Assembly (NCBI GenBank): GCA_045661205.1
Contig: JAZRFE010000018.1
Location: 65,523-129,522, forward strand
Source: Bacteroidaceae bacterium
GTDB taxonomy: Bacteria > Bacteroidota > Bacteroidia > Bacteroidales > Bacteroidaceae
Direction: 5' to 3'
Length of the DNA: 64,000 bases
Made by a program: the position numbers and the translations under genes. This document shows positions 1 through 9,503 of the stretch, piece after piece (positions within the stretch are counted from its first letter, which is position 1; each line of letters starts with the position of its first letter). The notes beneath the pieces are model-generated. The model was not told the origin of the DNA. It was given only the letters and a program-made list of their open reading frames with translations, and did no database searches.

Positions 1-337
1 AGATGTCGTAGCTTGAATTGTAGAGAAGAGGAGCATTGAATGACTGACCTTGTGAGCGTTTGTAGTTCTCTTCGTCGATAACGCCTTTCTTTGCCTTGCA
101 AGCTACATACCATACGTATGCATCGCTGTTGGTGAGGGGGCTCTTAATAGCAGCCTGAATAGTATTGAGAGCGCCGGCGTTGTCACCGAGAGTGATAGCC
201 TTCTCAGCTTCTTTTGCTTTTGCCATAAGCTCTTTACGCTCTTTTTTCTGCGCTTTTATCTGTTCTTTTGTAAGCTCTTGTCCTGATACAGTGCTTGCAG
301 CCAGAACCACAGCTAAAGATAAAACTAATTTTTTCAT
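1..337 (-). CDS. secreted hypothetical protein, N-terminal part only (gene runs off the window start)
   Basis: Not in the ORF track because the window edge truncates it. Reverse-strand ATG at 337..335 gives MKKLVLSLAVVLAASTVSGQELTKEQIKAQKKERKELMAKAKEAEKAI..., a signal peptide followed by a helical Lys/Glu-rich region. The frame stays open to position 1. It lies 23 nt downstream of the gyrA stop on the same strand. Confidence 0.5.
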   Translation of the reverse strand, partial: MKKLVLSLAVVLAASTVSGQELTKEQIKAQKKERKELMAKAKEAEKAITLGDNAGALNTIQAAIKSPLTNSDAYVWYVACKAKKGVIDEENYKRSQGQSFNAPLLYNSSYDI

Positions 338-360
338 GTTCTTAAATTTTAAAAAATGAA

Positions 361-2880
361 TTATTCGTTGTTATTCTCGTTAGTATTGGGTGTTTCATTG
401 GTAATAGTTTCACCGTTCTCCTCGCCATCAACTTCGGCCTCGTGACTTACCTTACATACAGAGCTGATTGTGTCATTCTTCTTCTTGAGGTCGATGATGC
501 GTACTCCCTGTGTTGCACGACCGATTGTAGGAATCTGCTCAACAGCTGTTCTGATAGCGATACCCGATTTGTTTATTACCATCAGGTCGTTGTCGTTTGT
601 TACACCCATAATGGCAATGAGGGCACCTGTCTTTTCTGTTACATTGAGTGTCTTGACACCTTTACAACCGCGGTTCACAGTAGGATACTCGTCGCTCACT
701 GAACGCTTACCGTAGCCCTGCTCCGAGAGTACAAGGATGGTCTTGGGTGTCTCCTTGTTGAGAACTACCATTCCTACTACCTCGTCGCCTTCGTCGAGTG
801 CCATACCTCTTACACCGGTTGCTGTACGTCCCATTGTACGTACTGTGTTCTCATTGAAGCGTACGGCACGACCCTTGCGGTTTGCAAGTACGATGTCGCT
901 GTCACCGTCGGTGAGTGCCACAGAGATTACTCTGTCGTCTTCGCGGATGGTTATCGCGTTGATACCGTTAGCGCGGGGACGTGAATATTGCTCGAGGCTT
1001 GTCTTCTTAATTATACCCTGTTTAGTACAGAATATAAGGTTGTGGCTGTTGATGAAATTGCTGTCTGCAAGTGTCTTCACGCGCACGATAGCATTGAGCG
1101 AATCGTCAGAATTGATGTTGAGCAGGTTCTGTATCGCACGACCCTTTGAGTTTTTACCACCCTCGGGAAGCTCGTATACCTTGAGCCAATAGCAACGGCC
1201 ACGCTGTGTGAAGAACATCATGGTGTTGTGCATGGTGGCAGTATAGATGTGCTCTATGAAGTCTGCATCACGGGTGTCGCTGCCTCGTGAGCCTACACCG
1301 CCTCTGTTCTGAGCGCGGTATTCCGCAAGCGGAGTACGTTTGATGTAGCCCATGTGCGAGATTGTTATCACCATCTCATCGTCGGCATAGAAGTCCTCGG
1401 GGTTGAAGTCTTCCGATGCACTGTATTCTATGCGGCAACGGCGCTCGTCACCATATTTCTCTTTGATTTCGATAAGTTCGTCTTTGATAACCTTCTTGCA
1501 AAGTTCATCATTTGAGAGTACCTCTTTATAATATTCAATCTTTTTAGCAATCTCGTTGTATTCGTCGCGAAGCTGCTCTTGCAAGAGTCCTGTGAGCTGA
1601 CGCAGACGCATCTCAACGATGGCATTTGCCTGTATCTCGCTCAGATTGAAACGCTCGATAAGTCCGGCCTTTGCGTCAGCAGGTGATTTTGCTGCGCGAA
1701 TGATGCGTACTACCTCGTCGATGTTGTCCGATGCAATGATAAGTCCTTCGAGGATATGTGCACGCTCCTCGGCTTTGCGCAGGTCGAACTTTGTGCGACG
1801 TATTACCACCTCGTGGCGGTGCTCTATGAAGTTGCTAATGCAATCTTTTAATGTAAGCAGACGGGGACGCCCATGTACAAGAGCAATGCAGTTTACGCTG
1901 AACGATGTCTGCAATGCACTCATCTTGTAGAGTTTGTTCAGAAGCACATTTGCATTGGCGTCGCGTTTAACATCAATAACTATGCGCATACCCGACTGGT
2001 CGGACTCGTCGTTGATATTGGAAATGCCTTCAATCTTCTTTTCATTGACCATTGCGGCAATATCCTTTATAAGCTCTTCCTTATTTACATTGTAGGGGAT
2101 TGCTGTTACAATTATCTTGTCGTGATAGTCGCCTGCCTCTATTTCGCATACGGCGCGCATCACTACCCTTCCGCGACCTGTCTCGTAAGCGTCGCGAACT
2201 CCAGCAAGGCCATAAATGTCGCAGCCTGTGGGGAAATCGGGTGCCTTGATGTGTTGCATCAAGCCGTCAGTGTCAATCTCGGGGTTGTCGATATATGCTA
2301 CACATGCATCGATAACCTCGGTAAGGTTATGAGGCGGAATATTTGTTGCCATACCTACGGCAATACCCGATGAGCCGTTAATGAGAAGGTTGGGGATACG
2401 TGTGGGCATCAACACCGGTTCTTGTGTCTCGTTAGAATAGTTGGGAACGAAATCCACAGTCTCTTTGTAAAGGTCCTGTGCCATATCCTCACCAATCTTG
2501 CGCAGACGTGCCTCTGTGTAACGCATGGCAGCGGGTGAGTCTCCGTCAATAGAACCGAAGTTACCCTGACCGTCAATTAAAGGATAGCGCATAACCCAGC
2601 TTTGTGCCATACGCACAAGAGCCATATATACCGAAGAGTCACCATGAGGGTGATACTTACCGAGTACATCACCGACAGTACGTGCCGATTTTAGATATTT
2701 CTTATCGGAAGTGTTTCCCAATTCCATCATTCCATATAGAATACGGCGATGTACGGGCTTAAGGCCGTCGCGCACGTCGGGGAGCGCACGAGCCACGATT
2801 ACCGACATCGAGTAGTTGATGTACGAAGTACGCATCTGATCCTCGATGTTGATTTTTATAATTCTATCGTTGTCAATCAT
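361..2880 (-). CDS. gyrA: DNA gyrase subunit A
   Basis: 839 aa. Contains the active-site Tyr motif [10 protein letters not shown], the N-terminal [11 protein letters not shown] motif and C-terminal beta-pinwheel repeats. Confidence 0.97.
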   Translation of the reverse strand: MIDNDRIIKINIEDQMRTSYINYSMSVIVARALPDVRDGLKPVHRRILYGMMELGNTSDKKYLKSARTVGDVLGKYHPHGDSSVYMALVRMAQSWVMRYPLIDGQGNFGSIDGDSPAAMRYTEARLRKIGEDMAQDLYKETVDFVPNYSNETQEPVLMPTRIPNLLINGSSGIAVGMATNIPPHNLTEVIDACVAYIDNPEIDTDGLMQHIKAPDFPTGCDIYGLAGVRDAYETGRGRVVMRAVCEIEAGDYHDKIIVTAIPYNVNKEELIKDIAAMVNEKKIEGISNINDESDQSGMRIVIDVKRDANANVLLNKLYKMSALQTSFSVNCIALVHGRPRLLTLKDCISNFIEHRHEVVIRRTKFDLRKAEERAHILEGLIIASDNIDEVVRIIRAAKSPADAKAGLIERFNLSEIQANAIVEMRLRQLTGLLQEQLRDEYNEIAKKIEYYKEVLSNDELCKKVIKDELIEIKEKYGDERRCRIEYSASEDFNPEDFYADDEMVITISHMGYIKRTPLAEYRAQNRGGVGSRGSDTRDADFIEHIYTATMHNTMMFFTQRGRCYWLKVYELPEGGKNSKGRAIQNLLNINSDDSLNAIVRVKTLADSNFINSHNLIFCTKQGIIKKTSLEQYSRPRANGINAITIREDDRVISVALTDGDSDIVLANRKGRAVRFNENTVRTMGRTATGVRGMALDEGDEVVGMVVLNKETPKTILVLSEQGYGKRSVSDEYPTVNRGCKGVKTLNVTEKTGALIAIMGVTNDNDLMVINKSGIAIRTAVEQIPTIGRATQGVRIIDLKKKNDTISSVCKVSHEAEVDGEENGETITNETPNTNENNNE

Positions 2881-3279
2881 TTAATATAAAGTATTATTAT
2901 AATCAATAAACGGAATGTGCGGTATTTGTGTGTATACCCGCGTAAAAACGTGCTAAATTACATAAAATTCACGAATTGGGCAAAAAAAAACGCAAAATTG
3001 TGTCGTGCACATCGATTGTTTTTATGAATTTTACGTGCAATAATTCAACCACTTTGGCAGTTTTTTCGAAAAAGTTGTCTGACATTTAGTGTTTTTTAAT
3101 ATGTTGGCACGGTTTTTGTAAGGATTGTTATGTAAAAATAGTTGTCCGATGCCATGCAAGATATTAATTTCGCACTCGAAAAAGCATGATTTTCATGACA
3201 AATGTTATTTGCCACTGACTTTTTGTCAGTGTAATTAGTGTTCACAAACAGTTTGAATATTGAATGAGGAGAATGAACT

Positions 3280-5853
3280 ATGAACAACCAATTTTCTAAA
3301 AATTTGTCCCGAATAATAACCTTCAGCAAAGAGGAAGCTTGTCGTCTGCGCTGCAAGAGCATCAGATCGGAGCATCTTTTGCTGGGTTTGTTGCGCGACA
3401 CAGATGGAAACGCAGCAAGCATACTCAGCAGTATGTCCGTAGACTTTGCGAAACTACGAGAGGATATTGATAAATTTTTCAACTCGGCGGATATTGCCAA
3501 CATGTCCGAAAAAGTGGAAGATGTGTCAAGCTTGGCTAATGATGAAAAAGCGCAGGATGCGTCGGATGTCGTTCTCGACGAGGATGCATCGAAAGTTTTA
3601 CGTTTTTGTATACTCGAAGCACGTATGTTAAAAAGTAATTTAGTTGATACAGAGCATCTTTTGCTCGCTATCTTGAAGGAAAAGAATAATAATGCGGCGG
3701 CAATTCTTGCCAAGAACGATGTCACCTATTCCGATGTTCGTGAGGCGTTGCAGATTAAGCCCGATGTGCGCGACGGCTTTGGCTTTACCGACGAAGATGA
3801 CGAAGAAGAGGATAATTCCGCATCGAGCGGACGTGGTTTCTCCGGCGCGCGTCAGGCATCGTCCGAGACACAGCAGAAACGTTCGTCGAACGACACTCCT
3901 GTACTCGACAATTTCGGCTTTGACATGACAAAGGCTGCCAAAGAGGGATTGCTCGACCCTGTCGTAGGTCGCGAAAAAGAGATAGAACGCATATCACAGG
4001 TTCTAAGTCGCAGAAAAAAGAACAACCCTGTGCTCATAGGTGAGCCAGGAGTGGGAAAATCTGCAATTGTCGAGGGGCTTGCCCAGCGCATTATACAGCG
4101 CAAAGTGTCGCGTGTGCTCTTTGACAAACGTATCGTGTCGCTTGACATGACTGCTGTTGTTGCAGGTACAAAATATCGCGGACAGTTTGAGGAGCGTCTG
4201 CGTGCGATACTCAACGAGCTCGAAAAGAACCCCAATATAATACTGTTCATTGACGAAATGCACACTATCGTAGGTGCAGGTTCTTCACCCGGCTCAATGG
4301 ATGCAGCAAACATTCTTAAGCCAGCTCTTGCGCGTGGACAGGTGCAGTGCATAGGTGCTACAACTCTCGATGAATACCGTAAGAGTATCGAAAAAGATGG
4401 TGCATTGGAGCGTCGTTTCCAAAAAGTTATCGTCGAGCCTACATCGGCCGATGACACTCTACATATTCTCATGAATATAAAGGAAAGATACGAAAACCAT
4501 CACAATGTAACATATACCGAAGAGGCTCTCAAGGCCTGCGTCACTTTGACCGAGAGATACATTACAGACAGATGCTTCCCCGACAAAGCCATCGATGCTA
4601 TGGATGAGGTGGGTGCACGTATGCACATGACAAATATATCTGTTCCTCGCGAGATTGAGGAGCAGGAGAAACTTGTCGAGGTTGCGCGCAGCGAGAAGCA
4701 CGAGGCTGTAAAATGTCAGGACTTTGAGCGAGCTGCCAACTATCGTGACTATGAGAAAAAGATGGAAGAGCGTCTCACCGAAATGAAAAACGAGTGGGAG
4801 AAAAGTATACGCAGCGAACGTCAGACAGTAGACGATCAGAAGGTTGCTGAAGTTGTATCAATGATTTCAGGCATTCCTGTACAGCGCATGCAACAGGATG
4901 AGTGGGCACGCTTGAGAACAATGAAGAGTGAACTCACAAGCAAGGTGGTTGCACAGGATGCCGCAATAGACAAACTCACAAAGGCCATTCTGCGTAGTCG
5001 TGTGGGATTGCAGAACCCCAACAAACCCATCGGTACATTTATGTTTCTGGGCCCCACAGGAGTGGGAAAAACATTGCTTGCAAAAGAGTTGGCACGGTTT
5101 ATGTTTGGCACCACTGATGCACTTGTACGCATCGACATGAGCGAGTATATGGAAAAATTCACAGTGTCGCGTCTTGTGGGAGCACCTCCGGGATACGTTG
5201 GTTACGATGAGGGTGGACAGCTTACCGAGCGCGTTCGTCGTCGCCCCTACTCTATTGTTCTTCTCGACGAGATAGAGAAGGCTCACACCGATGTGTTCAA
5301 CCTGCTGTTGCAAGTGATGGACGAGGGAAGACTCACCGACAGCTACGGACGCACGATAGATTTCCGCAATACAGTGATTATAATGACCTCGAACATCGGT
5401 ACACGCGAACTTAAGGATTTTGGTGCAGGAATAGGTTTTGCAAAGCACGAGAACAATGGCAATAAAGAGTATTCACGCGGAGTGATACAAAAGGCCTTGA
5501 ACAAACGTTTTGCGCCCGAGTTTATAAACCGTGTAGACGAGATTATAAACTTCGACCAGCTCGACCTTAACGCAATTATTAATATTGTGGATTTGGAGCT
5601 TGCTCAGGTGTTGAAGCGTACAAAGGAGATGGGTTATACACTATCATTGGATGCACCGGCAAAAGAGTTCCTTGCAAAGAAAGGCTACGATGTACAGTTT
5701 GGAGCGCGTCCTCTGAAGCGTGCTATTCAGAATTACATTGAAGATGAACTTTCCGAGCTTATCCTTTCCCAAACTATCGCTGCCGGTAATAACATAAGCG
5801 TTACAATCGATGCCGAAAATGACAAACTCTGTTTCACAGTTGTCAACGAATAG
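3280..5853 (+). CDS. clpC: ATP-dependent Clp protease ATP-binding subunit, ClpC type
   Basis: 857 aa with a duplicated Clp_N repeat (EHLLLGLL / EHLLLAIL). Two Walker A motifs ([16 protein letters not shown]), a UVR-like motif ([16 protein letters not shown]) and a ClpP-docking GIGF loop favour ClpC over ClpB. Confidence 0.9.
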   Translation: MNNQFSKNLSRIITFSKEEACRLRCKSIRSEHLLLGLLRDTDGNAASILSSMSVDFAKLREDIDKFFNSADIANMSEKVEDVSSLANDEKAQDASDVVLDEDASKVLRFCILEARMLKSNLVDTEHLLLAILKEKNNNAAAILAKNDVTYSDVREALQIKPDVRDGFGFTDEDDEEEDNSASSGRGFSGARQASSETQQKRSSNDTPVLDNFGFDMTKAAKEGLLDPVVGREKEIERISQVLSRRKKNNPVLIGEPGVGKSAIVEGLAQRIIQRKVSRVLFDKRIVSLDMTAVVAGTKYRGQFEERLRAILNELEKNPNIILFIDEMHTIVGAGSSPGSMDAANILKPALARGQVQCIGATTLDEYRKSIEKDGALERRFQKVIVEPTSADDTLHILMNIKERYENHHNVTYTEEALKACVTLTERYITDRCFPDKAIDAMDEVGARMHMTNISVPREIEEQEKLVEVARSEKHEAVKCQDFERAANYRDYEKKMEERLTEMKNEWEKSIRSERQTVDDQKVAEVVSMISGIPVQRMQQDEWARLRTMKSELTSKVVAQDAAIDKLTKAILRSRVGLQNPNKPIGTFMFLGPTGVGKTLLAKELARFMFGTTDALVRIDMSEYMEKFTVSRLVGAPPGYVGYDEGGQLTERVRRRPYSIVLLDEIEKAHTDVFNLLLQVMDEGRLTDSYGRTIDFRNTVIIMTSNIGTRELKDFGAGIGFAKHENNGNKEYSRGVIQKALNKRFAPEFINRVDEIINFDQLDLNAIINIVDLELAQVLKRTKEMGYTLSLDAPAKEFLAKKGYDVQFGARPLKRAIQNYIEDELSELILSQTIAAGNNISVTIDAENDKLCFTVVNE

Positions 5854-5887
5854 AAAAGTCGGAAAGAATTGCATATAAGCAGACAAA

Positions 5888-5920
5888 ATGTCAGATGTTG
5901 ATACATCTGGCATTTTTTTT
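5888..5920 (+). terminator. rho-independent terminator after clpC
   Basis: 10-bp stem (5888..5897 / 5904..5913, one G-U pair), 6-nt loop, then a T8 run. Confidence 0.6.
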
Positions 5921-5967
5921 GTTTTATAATCATGTAGTAATCGAATAATAATAAAAAACCAAATATT

Positions 5968-8016
5968 ATGCAGAAAGGTAACATTGGGGTAACAACAGAG
6001 AATATCTTCCCCGTAATCAAAAAATTTCTTTACAGCGACCATGAGATTTTCCTCCGCGAGATTGTTTCAAATGCGATTGATGCTACACAAAAACTTAAAA
6101 CCCTTTACGAGAAGGGTGAGTTCAAAGGTGAGCTTGGCGATCTTAAAGTAACGGTTACACTCAAGGACGATGCTATCGTGGTAAGCGATAACGGTATCGG
6201 TCTTACAACTGAAGAGATTAACAAATACATCAATCAGATTGCTCTTTCGGGTGCGACTGACTTCCTTGAGAAATACAAGGATACAGCCAACTCCATTATC
6301 GGCCACTTTGGACTTGGATTTTACTCGGCATTCATGGTTTCAAAGCGTGTTGAGATTGTAACAAAATCGTACAAAGATGGTGCTAAAGCCGTTAAGTGGA
6401 GCTGTGACGGTAGCCCCGAATATGAAATCACCGAAGCAGAGAGAGAGTCTCGCGGTACCGACATCATCATGTACATCGACGAGGAGAGCAAAGAGTTCCT
6501 CGATGAATCGCGCATTTCGTCAATCCTTAACAAATACTGCAAGTTCCTCCCCGTTTCCATTGCATTCGGCAAAAAGAAAGAGTGGAAAGATGGTAAACAG
6601 GTAGAAACAGACGAGGACAATATAATCAACGACACCACTCCTTTGTGGACACGTAAACCCTCGGAGTTGAATGACGAGGATTATAAGAATTTCTATCGCA
6701 CGCTCTACCCCATGAGCGATGAACCCCTCTTCTGGATTCACTTGAATGTTGATTTCCCCTTCCACTTGACAGGAATACTCTATTTCCCCAAGATAAAGAG
6801 CAACATCGACATGCAGAGAAATAAAATACAGCTCTACTGCAATCAGGTATATGTTACCGACGAGGTAGAGGGTATTGTACCCGATTTCCTCACTTTGATG
6901 CACGGTGTTATCGACTCACCCGATATTCCTCTTAACGTCTCTCGTTCTTATCTCCAGAGCGATGCAAATGTGAAGAAAATTTCGGGTTATATCTCCAAAA
7001 AGGTATCTGACCGTTTGCAGTCAATATTTAAGAGTGACCGCAATGAGTTTGAGCAGAAGTGGAACGACCTTAAGATATTCATTGGCTACGGAATGCTCAC
7101 CGAAGAGGATTTCTATGACAAAGCAAGCAAATATGCTCTCTTGCAGGACACCGATGGCAAGAAGTACACCTACGAAGAGTACAAAACTCTCGTATCGGCT
7201 CAGCAGACAGATAAGGAGGGAAATATCATATACCTCTACACCAATAACAAGGATAAAGAATATGGCTTCATCGAGGCAGCCACAGCCAAAGGTTACAATG
7301 TGCTTTTGATGGATGGTCAGCTTGATGTTGCTCTCATCAGTCTGCTTGAGCGTAAGTTTGAAAAGACACGTTTCACACGTGTGGACAGCGATACTGTGGA
7401 GCGTCTTATCGTAAAGGAGGAGCAGAAGGAATCATCGCTCAAAAACAGTGAACGCGACATTCTCACAGGCATGTTCCAAAGCCAGATGCCAAAGATGGAG
7501 AAAAAAGAGTTCTACGTACAGGTGCAGGCAATGGGTGTGAATGGTGCTCCCATTATGATTACCCAGTCGGAATATATGCGTCGTATGAAGGAGATGGCGG
7601 CAATACAGCCCGGCATGAGTTTCTATGGTGACATGGCCGATATGTATACTGTTATTCTCAACGAAGAGCATACTTTGATTAAACGTATTCTTGGCGATGC
7701 CGAGAGCTCATGTGCAACAAAGCTCCAACCCATCGATAGCGAGAATGAGACTCTCGAAAACCGTCGTAAAGAACTTTACGATGCTCGCAAAGACAAGAAG
7801 GAGGACGAGATACCTCAGAGCGAGAAAGACGAGCTTGCCGATGTTGAGCAGAAGATTACAAAGCTCAAAAGCGACAAAGAGGCTCTTCTTGCCAAGTATG
7901 CCGTTGGCGACAAATATGTGCGTCAGCTTATAGATATCACACTTTTGCAGAACAACATGCTTACGGGTGAAGCATTGAACAATTTTGTGAAACGCAGTAT
8001 AGAACTGATGAAGTAA
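5968..8016 (+). CDS. htpG: molecular chaperone HtpG (Hsp90)
   Basis: 682 aa. Has the GHKL ATPase motif EIFLREIVSNAIDA and the GLGFYSAFMV motif. Confidence 0.95.
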   Translation: MQKGNIGVTTENIFPVIKKFLYSDHEIFLREIVSNAIDATQKLKTLYEKGEFKGELGDLKVTVTLKDDAIVVSDNGIGLTTEEINKYINQIALSGATDFLEKYKDTANSIIGHFGLGFYSAFMVSKRVEIVTKSYKDGAKAVKWSCDGSPEYEITEAERESRGTDIIMYIDEESKEFLDESRISSILNKYCKFLPVSIAFGKKKEWKDGKQVETDEDNIINDTTPLWTRKPSELNDEDYKNFYRTLYPMSDEPLFWIHLNVDFPFHLTGILYFPKIKSNIDMQRNKIQLYCNQVYVTDEVEGIVPDFLTLMHGVIDSPDIPLNVSRSYLQSDANVKKISGYISKKVSDRLQSIFKSDRNEFEQKWNDLKIFIGYGMLTEEDFYDKASKYALLQDTDGKKYTYEEYKTLVSAQQTDKEGNIIYLYTNNKDKEYGFIEAATAKGYNVLLMDGQLDVALISLLERKFEKTRFTRVDSDTVERLIVKEEQKESSLKNSERDILTGMFQSQMPKMEKKEFYVQVQAMGVNGAPIMITQSEYMRRMKEMAAIQPGMSFYGDMADMYTVILNEEHTLIKRILGDAESSCATKLQPIDSENETLENRRKELYDARKDKKEDEIPQSEKDELADVEQKITKLKSDKEALLAKYAVGDKYVRQLIDITLLQNNMLTGEALNNFVKRSIELMK

Positions 8017-8041
8017 TAAAATAGAACGTCAAATTATTTGG

Positions 8042-8076
8042 GCGCAGATTGTGTAACAGCAATCTGCGCTTTTTTT
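8042..8076 (+). terminator. rho-independent terminator after htpG
   Basis: Perfect 10-bp stem GCGCAGATTG / CAATCTGCGC, 8-nt loop, T7 run. Confidence 0.75.
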
Positions 8077-8207
8077 GTTGCATACTATTTGCCGATTTTA
8101 CACTCAATATGTAGCTATAACAATATGTGATGGCCCCAAAAGTATTAAGTGTTATTTCGGCAACCTTCCTCTGACGCTTTGTGACTTCTTTTGCAGTAAA
8201 AAACGCA

Positions 8208-9308
8208 ATGAGTAAGAACATTTTATTTAGTAACACAAGTTGGCGTTCCCATCTAATGCGTGAAACATCAGAACGTAGAACTGCCGACGAACAAAAAGAG
8301 GACAAATGCAACAAAGTAACCTCTTTCCAAACAACACCCGACCACGAGCATTATGCGAGTGAGAAACTGCTATTTGACAGCCTCCAGACGATAGTCGAAA
8401 GAATTGTTCAGGAGATAAACCGCGCCTACGAGTCGGAGAATTTTATCTACAACGAACTATTGAAAGAGAAATCCTTTGCCGAAGAGTGCGATGCGGCATT
8501 GAAGGCTGCAATAGAGAGTGAAGAGAAACGCGCGTCTGACGAGGAAAATGCAATCAAAAAAAGTCTTGGACAGTTACAGCAATTCGTCGAGTACAAAAAT
8601 CTTTTACAGCTTAATTCTCTTATCATGTATGGCTATTCGGCCATTGGTACAGGAGAAGCGGTTAATGCTGTACAAGTTTTCGCAGGATGTTACAACAGCA
8701 ATGGTGAACTTAAAGAGGATGCTTCGATACTTACTTCCATCTATCAGTTACCATTGGGACAGGCATACCGACTCAACTGTGATAAACTCGAAGATGATTC
8801 ATTGGCAAATATTTTGCTTTATGACAATGAGGGAAACATTTGTCCATTCACTCTTGAATTGAAAGATACGATATTTGTTCCCGACAGAGCAATTTCTCGT
8901 ATCGGCCTATCCTATAAAGGCACTGCACCAACAGTGGAGTCGTTTAATCTCGAAAACATAGTTGCTACTGTTGCCGATGGCACAGTAGACAGAAGCAAAC
9001 TATCCACCGAAATGCTCGAAGAGATTGCCAACATCGCACAATCGGTGATTAACGAAATGAAACGAGCAATAAATTCCGAGGAGAGTATTAAGAGCGAACT
9101 GCAAAATCAGGTATCATCTAATGCGGTTGCTTGTGAAAAGACACAGTCTCAACTCGAAAATGAGATTATACGTTCGACAGTGGTAGATAAAAACCTGCTC
9201 AATCGCGTCGAGAAGTTGGAAAGTAGATGTGTTGTGCTCAGCGAAACAGAATACAATTCCATAGAATACAAAAACAACGATACAATTTATTTTGTAATTG
9301 AGGAATAA
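8208..9308 (+). CDS. coiled-coil fibre-like protein (phage tail-fibre-like)
   Basis: The track ORF starts at a GTG (8181); the first ATG is at 8208 (MSKNILF...). N- and C-terminal heptad-rich helical segments flank a central non-helical domain. The C-terminal end SETEYNSIEYKNNDTIYFVIEE resembles endings common in phage fibre proteins. Confidence 0.5.
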   Translation: MSKNILFSNTSWRSHLMRETSERRTADEQKEDKCNKVTSFQTTPDHEHYASEKLLFDSLQTIVERIVQEINRAYESENFIYNELLKEKSFAEECDAALKAAIESEEKRASDEENAIKKSLGQLQQFVEYKNLLQLNSLIMYGYSAIGTGEAVNAVQVFAGCYNSNGELKEDASILTSIYQLPLGQAYRLNCDKLEDDSLANILLYDNEGNICPFTLELKDTIFVPDRAISRIGLSYKGTAPTVESFNLENIVATVADGTVDRSKLSTEMLEEIANIAQSVINEMKRAINSEESIKSELQNQVSSNAVACEKTQSQLENEIIRSTVVDKNLLNRVEKLESRCVVLSETEYNSIEYKNNDTIYFVIEE

Positions 9309-9310
9309 TC

Positions 9311-9484
9311 ATGGCAATATACAATTCAAATAAAGAGATAATATTCGTATCAGCAGGAAAAAGAGTCATTGCATTCATTGCAAAAGGGGCATCTATTATA
9401 TGGCAAGCGGTACGTAGTTGCTTTGGTGCAGGATGCTGGCGAGACGATAAATCGTGGAACGATAATGAGTGTTGGAAAGATTAA
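9311..9484 (+). CDS. small Cys/Trp-rich hypothetical protein (57 aa)
   Basis: Below the ORF-track size cutoff; translated by hand as MAIYNSNKEIIFVSAGKRVIAFIAKGASIIWQAVRSCFGAGCWRDDKSWNDNECWKD*. It starts 2 nt after the upstream stop and ends 19 nt before the likely start of the giant gene. Confidence 0.5.
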   Translation: MAIYNSNKEIIFVSAGKRVIAFIAKGASIIWQAVRSCFGAGCWRDDKSWNDNECWKD

Positions 9485-9503
9485 ACAAATAAAACAAAAT
9501 ATT

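Noticed and set aside
3105-3120. Sigma-54-like element TGGCACGGTTTTTGTA about 170 nt upstream of clpC.
   Set aside because: The -12 element reads TTGT rather than TTGC. It is a single occurrence with no enhancer-binding protein nearby, and the AT-rich intergenic context makes a chance match plausible.
3222-3240. Small inverted repeat CACTGAC-TTTTT-GTCAGTG in the clpC leader, considered as a heat-shock operator.
   Set aside because: It does not match CIRCE or any operator I know. The stem is only 7 bp and cannot be assessed without conservation data.
3096-4472. Long antisense or alternative-frame ORFs inside clpC (for example 3096..3725 and 3852..4472). Similar ones lie inside other strong genes: 737..1192, 17407..17958, 35305..35862, 36043..36834, 37186..37851, 41305..41835, 45154..45942, 49126..49623 and 60031..60723.
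   Set aside because: Each is fully embedded in, or opposite to, a gene with unambiguous family motifs. Their translations are low-complexity or Cys/Arg/Ser-rich, as expected for shadow ORFs.
8077-8207. Search by eye for att-like direct repeats, tRNA genes or integrase remnants at the edges of locus A (8077..8207, 16586..16647) and locus B (32663..32926, 42118..42168).
   Set aside because: None were found by eye. A computational repeat search between the four boundaries is needed before concluding they are absent.
9369-9503. ORF-track start of the giant gene at 9369, and the GTG start of the fibre-like gene at 8181.
   Set aside because: The 9369 start would overlap the well-formed 57-aa ORF (9311..9484) in another frame, so ATG 9504 is more parsimonious. 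For the fibre-like gene, the first ATG (8208) is preferred over the GTG. Neither choice is proven.
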